From Candidatus Magasanikiibacteriota bacterium (GTDB lineage Bacteria > Patescibacteriota > Patescibacteriia > Magasanikbacterales > GWA2-37-8): DNA of 49,236 nucleotides. The translations under genes and the position numbers were made by a program. The stretch lies in the NCBI GenBank assembly GCA_016234265.1, contig JACRFW010000054.1:1-49236 (forward strand), in the 5' to 3' direction. The notes below the pieces were generated by a model. The model was not told the DNA's origin and ran no database searches. It was given only the letters and a program-made list of their open reading frames with translations. Positions 25,236 through 33,455 of this stretch are shown here, one piece after another (position 1 is the stretch's first letter; the number at the start of each line of letters is the position of its first letter).

Positions 25236-27155
25236 ATGAACAGCCACATTCGCAACTTTTGCATTATTGCCCACATTGATCACGGAAAGTCCACGCTCGC
25301 GGATCGTTTTTTGGAATTGACCAAAACCGTGTCGGAGCGCGAGATGAAATCCCAGCTCCTGGACAGTATGGATCTGGAACGCGAACGTGGCATCACCATC
25401 AAACTCACGCCGGTGAGAATGAAGTATGTCATTGCGAGAAGCGAAGCGACGAAGCAATCCCCGGGGGATCGCCACGCCCCTTCGGGGCTCGCGATGACAA
25501 CAGAATACATTCTCAACCTTATTGATACCCCGGGACACGTGGACTTTAACTATGAGGTATCGCGCTCGCTCGCCGCGGTGGAAGGCGCAATTCTTCTCGT
25601 TGACGCCACCCAGGGCGTGCAAGCGCAAACGATCGGCAATTTGTACCTCGCGATGGAACAAAATCTCACCATCATTCCGGTCATCAACAAAATTGACATG
25701 CCAATCGCGAACGTGGAGAAAACAACCGAAGAAATTATCAACCTGCTCGGGTGTGAAAAAAAAGATATTCTCCTCGCCTCGGGCCGGACAGGCCAAGGGG
25801 TGGCCCAAATTTTGGAAGCGGTGGTAGAACGCATTCCCCCGCCACCCAACCATACCACCAAGGTGCCGCGAGCGCTTATTTTTGATTCGCTTTTTAACGA
25901 ATACAAAGGCGTGGTGGCATCTATTCGTATAGTGGACGGCGAGCTCAAAAAAGGCGATAAAATTTATTTGATGAGTACCCGAGCGCCAGCCGAAATTTTT
26001 GAGATCGGTTACTACACGCCAAAATTCAGACTGGCGGAAAAATTGAGCAACGGCGAGATTGGCTACATTGTCACCGGTCTGAAAGAGGTCAATGACTGTC
26101 GCGTGGGTGACACGGTCACCTTGTTCCCTCTCCTTTCAAGGAGGGGTCAGGGGGAGGTCTCACGAGACCCCACCTTAGTCCTCCCCTTAAAAGGGGAGGA
26201 AATCCAGCCGCTCCCCGGCTACCGCGAGGTGAAACCGATGGTGTTCGCGGGCATTTTTCCGAAAGAGGGCGACGCCTACCAGGAACTGCGCGATGCCATT
26301 GATAAGCTGAAATTGAGCGACTCGTCGCTCATCTACGAACCGGAACACTCGCACGCGCTTGGTTTTGGTTTTCGCTGTGGTTTCCTCGGCATGTTGCATT
26401 TGGATATTTTCCAGGAACGCCTCAAACGCGAACATGACTTGGATATTATCATCACGGTGCCGAGTGTGGCTTACCACGTGACTAAAACGAACGGAGAAAA
26501 ACTGGTTATCAATAGCCCGCAAGCCATGCCCGAGCCCGGCCATATCCTGGCTGTGGAAGAGCCGTGGATGACGCTGGACGTTATCACGCCCAAAGACTAT
26601 GTAGGCAACGTGATGGGGCTGGTGTCGGACCGGAAAGGCCGCTATTTGAATACCGAATATTTGAGCACCGGGGCTGATCAAAGAGCCTTGCTTCACTACG
26701 AAATACCGCTCGCCTCGCTGGTAACGGACTTTTATGATAAACTGAAGACGGTAACAAGCGGCTACGCCTCCATGAACTACGAGCTGAAAGACTACGAAAA
26801 GACCGAGGTGGTAAAACTAGATATCTTGGTGGCTGACGACCCGGTGGAGTCGCTGGCGACTTTGGTCTGGCGCGACCAAGCTTACCCGGTTGGCAAAAAA
26901 ATTTGCGAATCGCTCAAAGAATCTTTGCCCAAACAGCAATTTGTCTTGAAAATTCAGGCCGCGATCGGAGGAAAAATCATTGCCTCCGAGCATTTATCGG
27001 CTCTGCGCAAAGACGTGCTCGCCAAAATGAGCGGCGGTGACTACACCCGCAAGATGAAGCTTCTCCAGAAACAGAAAAAAGGCAAGGCGCGGATGTTGTC
27101 GCATGGGAAAGTGGATATTCCAACCGAGGCCTATCTTGCTGTATTAAAAAGATAA
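25236..27155 (+). CDS. lepA: Elongation factor 4 (LepA) carrying two in-frame repeat insertions
   Basis: IIAHIDHGKST, DTPGHVDF, NKID and the C-terminal LepA_C region. It is ~40 aa longer than typical because of the inserts at 25426 and 26126. Confidence 0.95.
   Translation: MNSHIRNFCIIAHIDHGKSTLADRFLELTKTVSEREMKSQLLDSMDLERERGITIKLTPVRMKYVIARSEATKQSPGDRHAPSGLAMTTEYILNLIDTPGHVDFNYEVSRSLAAVEGAILLVDATQGVQAQTIGNLYLAMEQNLTIIPVINKIDMPIANVEKTTEEIINLLGCEKKDILLASGRTGQGVAQILEAVVERIPPPPNHTTKVPRALIFDSLFNEYKGVVASIRIVDGELKKGDKIYLMSTRAPAEIFEIGYYTPKFRLAEKLSNGEIGYIVTGLKEVNDCRVGDTVTLFPLLSRRGQGEVSRDPTLVLPLKGEEIQPLPGYREVKPMVFAGIFPKEGDAYQELRDAIDKLKLSDSSLIYEPEHSHALGFGFRCGFLGMLHLDIFQERLKREHDLDIIITVPSVAYHVTKTNGEKLVINSPQAMPEPGHILAVEEPWMTLDVITPKDYVGNVMGLVSDRKGRYLNTEYLSTGADQRALLHYEIPLASLVTDFYDKLKTVTSGYASMNYELKDYEKTEVVKLDILVADDPVESLATLVWRDQAYPVGKKICESLKESLPKQQFVLKIQAAIGGKIIASEHLSALRKDVLAKMSGGDYTRKMKLLQKQKKGKARMLSHGKVDIPTEAYLAVLKR
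25426..25498. repeat. MITE/REP-like element, family D (TGTCATTGCGAG...CTCGCGATGACA), inside lepA
   Basis: 73 bp with 12 bp inverted termini (one mismatch). It is translated in frame as VIARSEATKQSPGDRHAPSGLAMT. Confidence 0.8.
26126..26199. repeat. Palindromic repeat element, family E (ccctctcc..ggagggg / cctcccc..ggggagg hairpins), inside lepA
   Basis: Three hairpins are ccctctcctttcaaggagggg, ggtctcacgagacc and cctccccttaaaaggggagg. They are translated in frame as PLLSRRGQGEVSRDPTLVLPLKGE. Confidence 0.7.
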
Positions 27156-27158
27156 TAT

Positions 27159-27254
27159 ATGAGACCAAAAACCAAAAAATCACTGAAGGTGCTCGTAGCG
27201 ATAATTGGCATTATCGGCATGCTCTTTTTTACCGTTTTGCCCGCCTTTCAATAA
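27159..27254 (+). CDS. Possible 31 aa membrane peptide
   Basis: It is below the track threshold. It reads MRPKTKKSLKVLVAIIGIIGMLFFTVLPAFQ, one clean TM helix after a basic N-terminus, and starts 4 nt after the lepA stop. Confidence 0.3.
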   Translation: MRPKTKKSLKVLVAIIGIIGMLFFTVLPAFQ

Positions 27255-27261
27255 TCACGGC

Positions 27262-27358
27262 TGTCATTCCCCTGAAAAGGGGAATCTATAATAAAGCTAT
27301 GGTCAGCGATGGATTCCCGCTGGAGTTTACACTCACGAAAGTGGGTGCGGGAATGACA
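27262..27358 (+). repeat. MITE/REP-like element, family C, copy 1 (97 bp)
   Basis: tgtcattcccctgaaaaggggaat...ggattcccgctggagtttacactcacgaaagtgggtgcgggaatgaca. The architecture matches family A, with an expanded second hairpin. Confidence 0.85.
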
Positions 27359-27379
27359 CAAAAGAAAGAATAGACTACT

Positions 27380-29233
27380 ATGAAAAAATGGATCGTGGCC
27401 GAACCGCCGCCAAAAGAATTTTCTGATGCTCACCCGGAGTTGCCAACTATTGTGACGCGACTGCTCTGGAACCGGGGGCTTAAAACACAGGAACAAATTG
27501 ATGAATTTTTGAATCCCGACTATGAAGGGGACATCCATGACCCATATTTATTTAACGACATGGAGAAGGCGGTGGCGTTGATCTGGGATTGTATAGAAAA
27601 TGACAAAAAAATTGTGGTGCATGGCGACTACGACGCGGACGGCGTGTGTGCCTCCGCAATAATTCTCACGACTCTCAAAAAACTGGGCGCTAAAAAAACT
27701 GGTATCTTCCTCCCCCATCGCGAGACCGATGGCTATGGGCTCAACAACCGCACGGTGCAATTGTTAAAAGATGACGGAGCCGAGCTTATCATCACTTGCG
27801 ATTGCGGTATCAGCAACACCGAGGAAATAACGCTGGCCAAAAGCTTGGGCGTGCGCGTGATCGTCACCGACCATCATGCCATGCCGGCGGTATTCCCCCC
27901 GGCGGACGCCATCATTCATCCGCTCGTGCCCGGCGAAAAATATCCGGACAAAACGCTCGCGGGGGGCGGCGTGGCGTTCAAACTGGTGCAGGCATTGTTG
28001 AAGCGACACCGCGAACTCACTTGTCATCCTGAGCAAAGCGAAGGATCCCTTAAACCCAACGAAAGGGATTCTTCGGCTACGCCTCAGAATGACAAAGGCG
28101 CGACACAATGTAAACTACCCAACGGCGAATCGTACGCGTCCGCCGAAAAATGGCTTCTAGACCTCGTGTCTATCTCTACCGTTGGCGATATGGTGCCCTT
28201 GGTCGGCGAATCGCGCACGCTGGTGCGCTATGGCCTGACGGTTTTGAACAAGACCAGAAATATTGGTCTCAAAAAATTACTTATTGTCGCGGGGCTGATA
28301 GACGAAAATGGAAAACCCAAACGCACGTTTGATACCACAACCATTGGTTTCCAAATCGCGCCGCGCATCAACGCGGCCGGACGAATGGACCATGCGAACG
28401 TGGCCTTTGCCTTGCTAATGGCCGAAACGGAAGAAGAAGCGACTGCACTCGCCACTCAACTAAACAAAAATAATACTGACCGGCAAAAACTGACTGACCA
28501 GATAATGGCCGAGGCTCGCAAACAAATCCAAGAGACCGGGCAAGAAAACAACTCTGTTATTTTTACCTTTGGCGAAAATTGGGCGACCGGCATAGTGGGT
28601 CTAATCGCCAGCCGCATTAAAGAAGAGTTTGGCAAACCGGCCATTGCCATGGGATTCAACAACGGACTTATCACCGGCTCGGGGCGAAGCGTGTCAGGGT
28701 TTAATATGATTGAAACGCTTAAAACGATGCCGGAATTTTTTTACAAATTTGGCGGCCACCCGCAGGCCTGCGGGTTTTCACTCAAAAGCAAGGATGTGCT
28801 GGAAAATTTTAAGAAGGCAATGCTCACCAAGGCGGAAACCGGTACTGTCGGACTAGACCTCTCGCCCCAAATCAAAATTGACGCGGAGGTGGACCTGGAT
28901 GAAGTGAACTGGAAGCTCTACGACCTGTTACAGAAATTTGAACCGTTTGGCGTGGCGAACGAAGAACCGCTCTATGCCGCGACGAACCTGACGGTGATGG
29001 GAGTGGAACCGGTGGGGCAAGACGGCAAGCACCTGCGCCTGATGGTGAAACATAATTCACATGTGGTGCGTAAAACTATCGCTTTTGGGTTTGGCAACGT
29101 TCTGCGCCACCCCGACAACTGGAGCGCACTTCGGCCCGGCGACAAGATTGACCTCGCTTTTACGGTGGGGGTCAACGAGTGGAATGGGAACCGGGAACTG
29201 CAACTCCAGGTGGAAGACATAAAGAAGACATAA
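27380..29233 (+). CDS. recJ: Single-stranded-DNA-specific exonuclease RecJ carrying an in-frame repeat insertion
   Basis: DHH motifs (HGDYDADG, VTDHH) and the DHHA1 GGH motif (FGGHPQACG). Confidence 0.9.
   Translation: MKKWIVAEPPPKEFSDAHPELPTIVTRLLWNRGLKTQEQIDEFLNPDYEGDIHDPYLFNDMEKAVALIWDCIENDKKIVVHGDYDADGVCASAIILTTLKKLGAKKTGIFLPHRETDGYGLNNRTVQLLKDDGAELIITCDCGISNTEEITLAKSLGVRVIVTDHHAMPAVFPPADAIIHPLVPGEKYPDKTLAGGGVAFKLVQALLKRHRELTCHPEQSEGSLKPNERDSSATPQNDKGATQCKLPNGESYASAEKWLLDLVSISTVGDMVPLVGESRTLVRYGLTVLNKTRNIGLKKLLIVAGLIDENGKPKRTFDTTTIGFQIAPRINAAGRMDHANVAFALLMAETEEEATALATQLNKNNTDRQKLTDQIMAEARKQIQETGQENNSVIFTFGENWATGIVGLIASRIKEEFGKPAIAMGFNNGLITGSGRSVSGFNMIETLKTMPEFFYKFGGHPQACGFSLKSKDVLENFKKAMLTKAETGTVGLDLSPQIKIDAEVDLDEVNWKLYDLLQKFEPFGVANEEPLYAATNLTVMGVEPVGQDGKHLRLMVKHNSHVVRKTIAFGFGNVLRHPDNWSALRPGDKIDLAFTVGVNEWNGNRELQLQVEDIKKT
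28022..28094. repeat. MITE/REP-like element, family B, copy 3, inside recJ
   Basis: tgtcatcctgagcaaagcgaaggatccc-ttaaacccaacgaaa-gggattcttcggctacgcctcagaatgaca. It is translated in frame as CHPEQSEGSLKPNERDSSATPQND. Confidence 0.85.
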
Positions 29234-29271
29234 AAAAGAGTAACTTTCCCTGCACCAAATTTCTACCAGCA

Positions 29272-29580
29272 CTATTTCTTCAGATCTTTTTCCACATCTC
29301 TCCACCTCTTCTTCAGCTGCCTGATCAGATGATCAGCCATTTCAGCTGCCAGTTCTTTTTTGCTGGCATATTCGGCGACCGCGCGTTCCACCAGCGCGTC
29401 GTACATTTCCTTGGTCGGACCCTCCAGCTGTTTGATGCTGGCTTTGAGCTCGTTATAGAGCGGCTCCAGATGAGCCGCTAGTTTGGCGCGCATCTCCTTA
29501 CCCTTGGGCGTGGCATTGAGCCACATCAAGGTCGCACCGAGCAATCCTCCAAGAAATAAACCTTTTTTGAATCGTCCCAT
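29272..29580 (-). CDS. YtxH-domain protein
   Basis: N-terminal GLFLGGLLGA helix followed by an amphipathic helical region. Confidence 0.7.
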   Translation of the reverse strand: MGRFKKGLFLGGLLGATLMWLNATPKGKEMRAKLAAHLEPLYNELKASIKQLEGPTKEMYDALVERAVAEYASKKELAAEMADHLIRQLKKRWRDVEKDLKK

Positions 29581-29588
29581 ATGTTCAT

Positions 29589-29676
29589 TGTCATTCCCGC
29601 ACCCACTTTCGTGAGTGTAAACTCCAGCGGGAATCTAATTAATAATTTTCGGATTCCCGTTTTCACGGGAATGACA
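29589..29676 (-). repeat. MITE/REP-like element, family C, copy 2 (88 bp), inverted relative to copy 1
   Basis: Its left arm tgtcattcccgcacccactttcgtgagtgtaaactccagcgggaat is the exact reverse complement of the right arm of the 27262 copy. Confidence 0.85.
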
Positions 29677-29681
29677 GACAG

Positions 29682-30560
29682 TTAAGTTCCACAACCAGGC
29701 TGGGCGGCGGCCGAGCCGGCCGCGCTTAGTTCTGTGCCAAAACCGGCGCCATAGGAACTATTGCTTAAAGCCTGCTGGCATTCAGCAGGTGGGTTGGTGA
29801 AGGCCCCACAGATAGCCTGCTTCACGGCTTCGGGAGTGCGGCCCGCGGATACTTCTACACCGTTGATAACGAGGGTGGGCGAACCCTGCACACCATATTT
29901 AGTATTCAGATCAGCATGAATGGGGTAGACGGGGTAACGGCCGCTTAACCATGAGCCCTGGTCGTTATATTTGGCCGTAATGCCAAAATTTTTGTCGGTG
30001 CGGGCAATACAGCTCGCGAGGGCAGATTGGTTAATGCCGGCGGCATTCAAACATTGCTGGTACTTGGCTTCATTGCCGTTATTTTGCCCGGCGCCAAAAA
30101 AACATTTGAGGTACGCCTGGTACTTGGCTCCTTGCTCGGTCTCAATACAATACTGGCGGGTGTTTTCGTCCACTTCTTTTTTCCCGTGCATGGCGTAGGA
30201 AACAAATTTTACGTCAATATCAGCTCGGCTCTTAAGGAGCTCCCAGGCCGGCACAAAAGCTTTTTCCATCTGCAAACCGTAAGGACAATAAGACATGACG
30301 AACAGCTCCACTTTTGGCTTGCTGGTTTTAGGAACATTTGGGGCCGCGGGCTGCGCACCGGAAGGTTGCGCGGCAACTACCGGCGAACCACCCGTCGGAG
30401 CAACAACTACCCCCGTTGCGCCAGGGGTCCAACCTTTGAGCATTAAGGTCGCGAGAACGATAAAACCAATGGTGCCAATGGATAAAATGCCGCCAACGAA
30501 CCCCACCAGGAGAGCGCTTTTCGGGTCAAGTTGACTAAAGAAACTCTTTGGTTCGTCCAT
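29682..30560 (-). CDS. Membrane-anchored thioredoxin-fold (DsbA-like) thiol-disulfide oxidoreductase
   Basis: A TM helix and a Pro/Ala linker precede the CPYG active-site motif in FVMSYCPYGLQ. Additional cysteine pairs occur near the C-terminus. Confidence 0.65.
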   Translation of the reverse strand: MDEPKSFFSQLDPKSALLVGFVGGILSIGTIGFIVLATLMLKGWTPGATGVVVAPTGGSPVVAAQPSGAQPAAPNVPKTSKPKVELFVMSYCPYGLQMEKAFVPAWELLKSRADIDVKFVSYAMHGKKEVDENTRQYCIETEQGAKYQAYLKCFFGAGQNNGNEAKYQQCLNAAGINQSALASCIARTDKNFGITAKYNDQGSWLSGRYPVYPIHADLNTKYGVQGSPTLVINGVEVSAGRTPEAVKQAICGAFTNPPAECQQALSNSSYGAGFGTELSAAGSAAAQPGCGT

Positions 30561-30580
30561 ACCGTAATGCGAGTTAGAAT

Positions 30581-31192
30581 TTATGGGTTCTGGAGTAAAC
30601 TAGTATATAACAGAGCGTACTTTAACGCAACAACATCATCAGGGTCAGCCGGGGCATCTGGCAGTTCCTCGCCAAACCAGCCTGTCGAGCTGTCCACTTC
30701 ATAAAATTTGCCACTTGTTACTGTGGCGCCAAAACTTCTTTGAAATATTTTAATTGAGGGGGCGGCTACGGCATCGGCCACCGCAAACAGCTTCGGCAGA
30801 TAATACCTATTATACCAGACAATCCCCAGACTGAAAAAATCCGGAGTGGCAACGCGGCGATGAAAGGTGGCGACCAAGGGAATGTTAGGGTGTTCCCGTT
30901 TCCAAGCAATAATTTTTCCGGCGACGCCGAAAAACGGACAGTGCACATGAATGAGGTCATACTCGCCCAAAGCCACGATAAGTTCGGCAACTGAAGTGAG
31001 CCCCACAAAACGCTGGGACGGAGCTGTGGCGGCCACTTCCCCCTGCTCCTCCCGCGAAGCGCTACCATATTGCAAAGTAAACGCGTCCGCTTCAACGCCG
31101 AGACCGGGCAATTTACCAACCAAAGAAAAAGCGGCGGCGCGAATGTCGCCAAAATAGTCAAAGGCGGAGGGAATGATGTGAAGGACTTTCAT
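30581..31192 (-). CDS. Stand-alone glycosyltransferase-4-like N-terminal domain protein
   Basis: MKVLHIIPSAF...HVHCPFFG resembles the N-half of GT-B (GT4) enzymes. There is no C-terminal sugar-donor half. It overlaps the methyltransferase stop (ATGA-type coupling). Confidence 0.4.
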   Translation of the reverse strand: MKVLHIIPSAFDYFGDIRAAAFSLVGKLPGLGVEADAFTLQYGSASREEQGEVAATAPSQRFVGLTSVAELIVALGEYDLIHVHCPFFGVAGKIIAWKREHPNIPLVATFHRRVATPDFFSLGIVWYNRYYLPKLFAVADAVAAPSIKIFQRSFGATVTSGKFYEVDSSTGWFGEELPDAPADPDDVVALKYALLYTSLLQNP

Positions 31193-31998
31193 AATTTATT
31201 CTTACATAAGGTAACATGGACATTAGGCGACGGCACGCGGCTGAAAATTACCGACTCTAGATAGATGAGACTGTTGACGATAATTTTTATTAGTTTGAAC
31301 GGCCCGGACGACTGCCCCCTAAAATAGGTTTCGTTGTTGATTTGTGCGAGTCCGCGTTTTTTAGCCGCATAATCCATCAGGAAAAAAGCAACTACACCGA
31401 TGATTTGGCCGAGGAGGTGCTCGCTATAACGAAGGCTTATGACGGAAAAATGGGAACTGATTAATGCTAGGAGCGACTGGCGGGAAAAATAGTTGATGTG
31501 ACCGGCATGTTTTTTTGTGAGGTCGCGTTTCAGATGTAATTTTTCCAGCAAATGCCAAAGTGAGAGCACATCACCCTCGCACGGCACGAAACAATAGGCA
31601 ATGCCACCGGGCTTCAGCACCCGAGACATTTCCGCGAGGAGCGCCGCCGGGTTTTCCACATGCTCCAAAACATCAAAAATAAGTACGGCGTCAAAAAAAT
31701 TATTTTCGTAGAGAAACTGTTCAGAGCTTATGGCATACGCGACGCTATCCGCATAACCCTTGGCAGAATCAATGGCTTTGACGCTAATATCACAGCCGTG
31801 GCAGTCTAACTCTGGCCGGAGTTTTTTAATGCCCCTGATAAATTGGCCGGCGCCGCAGCCGACTTCAAGCACACGCGCACCCGCGGGAAACAAGCGAAGC
31901 GCGGACAGAGCCTGGCGCAAGCGAAAGCTGGTCGGGTCGCTCCACAGGGGTGTGGCACTCCCCCGCCCCCACAGTGATTGTTCGTAATTAAAGGACAC
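31189..31998 (-). CDS. Class I SAM-dependent methyltransferase
   Basis: Motif I VLEVGCGAGQF and motif II-like LIFDVLEH. Confidence 0.85.
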   Translation of the reverse strand: MSFNYEQSLWGRGSATPLWSDPTSFRLRQALSALRLFPAGARVLEVGCGAGQFIRGIKKLRPELDCHGCDISVKAIDSAKGYADSVAYAISSEQFLYENNFFDAVLIFDVLEHVENPAALLAEMSRVLKPGGIAYCFVPCEGDVLSLWHLLEKLHLKRDLTKKHAGHINYFSRQSLLALISSHFSVISLRYSEHLLGQIIGVVAFFLMDYAAKKRGLAQINNETYFRGQSSGPFKLIKIIVNSLIYLESVIFSRVPSPNVHVTLCKNKL

Positions 31999-32016
31999 TT
32001 AAGGATGGTTAAACTG

Positions 32017-33120
32017 TTAAATAGCTACATTGTTAACTTGCTGATAGACTTTTTCTAACATATTAAGGTGTATGTCTAAACTGTATTCAAGCGCTTTGGC
32101 GCGGGCCGCTTCCCCCATCGCTTGCCGCTCTTCTCTGGTTAAAGCAAAAAATATTTTTAGCTTTTCTGCCAAATCATCGGAGCACCCCGAGGCAAACAAA
32201 AATCCGTTTTTCCCATTCTCCACTCGTTCGGCTACGCCCGTGAAATCGCTGGCTATGACCGGCAGTCCGCTCGCCAGTGCCTCCAGTACCGCCAGCGAAA
32301 ACGATTCCCTCTCTGATGGCACCACGGCCACATCCGCGGCGCGATAATAGCCGGCGAGTAGCGCGGGGTCAGAACATACCCCTATCCAGCGTACCCGAGC
32401 GTTCACTCCCAGTTTTTCCGCTTGACGGCGATAGTCTTTTTCCGCGTAGCCGCCACCGACAACTGCCAGCTCTGCCGAGGGCACTGTCACCAGCGCTTGG
32501 AGGAGCAGATCCAGACGTTTTACTGGTAATAAATTTCCCACAAACACAATCTGCTGTCCGTTGCTTTTTTTCTCTTCCGTTGGTTTAAAAATTGTGGTGT
32601 CTACCGCGTTTGGAAGCAGCACTATTTTTTTACTGGCACGACGGCCAAAACGAGCCTCTACGTAATGGGCTTGGTCAACTATACAAATACGTTCCGCCCG
32701 GCCAAAAATAAAGCGAGGCCACATGGCGTCATACAGCGCCTGGAGCATACGCTTGATTGCCCCGCTTGGCACGGCATCCATGTGGTAGGTTACCACGTAG
32801 CGCTCTTGCCACAGAAGCGACGCCCACCAAACCATGTCCCCGGCGCCATACCACGGATAATGAAAGTGAACTAAATCAAAATGGCGAAGCCGCCACAACA
32901 ACTGGGGGATAAACCCCGCGTCTCCGAGCTGAAAGAGCGGCCAAAGACGGACCACGCGAAAAGGTAAATTATCGCTACAGTAGTGCGCCCCCCAATAGGC
33001 CAGAGTAAAGACTGTCACGTCGTGTCCGCGGCGCGAGAGGCCATAGGCTTCATCATACGCGACGCGGCCCATGCCCCCGACGTGCGGTGGAAATGTGGCC
33101 ACCACATGGGCAATTCTCAT
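32017..33120 (-). CDS. GT-B glycosyltransferase (GT4 family)
   Basis: N-terminal MRIAHVV..FPP.VGG, with the C-terminal E..S....EA.A.G.PV motif (ESFSLAVLEALASGLPVI). Confidence 0.9.
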   Translation of the reverse strand: MRIAHVVATFPPHVGGMGRVAYDEAYGLSRRGHDVTVFTLAYWGAHYCSDNLPFRVVRLWPLFQLGDAGFIPQLLWRLRHFDLVHFHYPWYGAGDMVWWASLLWQERYVVTYHMDAVPSGAIKRMLQALYDAMWPRFIFGRAERICIVDQAHYVEARFGRRASKKIVLLPNAVDTTIFKPTEEKKSNGQQIVFVGNLLPVKRLDLLLQALVTVPSAELAVVGGGYAEKDYRRQAEKLGVNARVRWIGVCSDPALLAGYYRAADVAVVPSERESFSLAVLEALASGLPVIASDFTGVAERVENGKNGFLFASGCSDDLAEKLKIFFALTREERQAMGEAARAKALEYSLDIHLNMLEKVYQQVNNVAI

Positions 33121-33452
33121 ACCTTCTTATTTTTGTCTTCAAGCGCTGCCGCGCGCGTCAGAATGGTTATCTCTTTTTTGAGCTTCTCTACCTGTAAAAG
33201 CAGGCGGAACAAACTGAAAAAAATGATGACCAGAGCAACGTAAACAACTAGGTCGGCGCCGCGGCCAATGCCGACAAGACGCGCCATGTAGAAAGTGGAG
33301 TTCGGCAATAGAACAATAACACCGGCGGCAATCCAAAAGCTGACCCAAAGAATAACCCAGCCAAGGGCAAGTTCGCGCGCCTGAAAACGCCCCACGACTT
33401 TAATAATGGCGTAGAGAAAGAAGATAACCAAGACCGCTTGAATAAGAAGCAT
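33117..33452 (-). CDS. DUF2304-like small membrane protein
   Basis: 111 aa with 3-4 TM segments. It follows a GT2 gene as this family typically does, and overlaps the next gene. Confidence 0.65.
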   Translation of the reverse strand: MLLIQAVLVIFFLYAIIKVVGRFQARELALGWVILWVSFWIAAGVIVLLPNSTFYMARLVGIGRGADLVVYVALVIIFFSLFRLLLQVEKLKKEITILTRAAALEDKNKKV

Positions 33453-33455
33453 AGA

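Noticed and set aside
25107-25853. 248 aa minus-strand ORF antisense to the murJ end and the lepA start
   Set aside because: lepA G-domain motifs on the plus strand are unambiguous. This is an antisense shadow.
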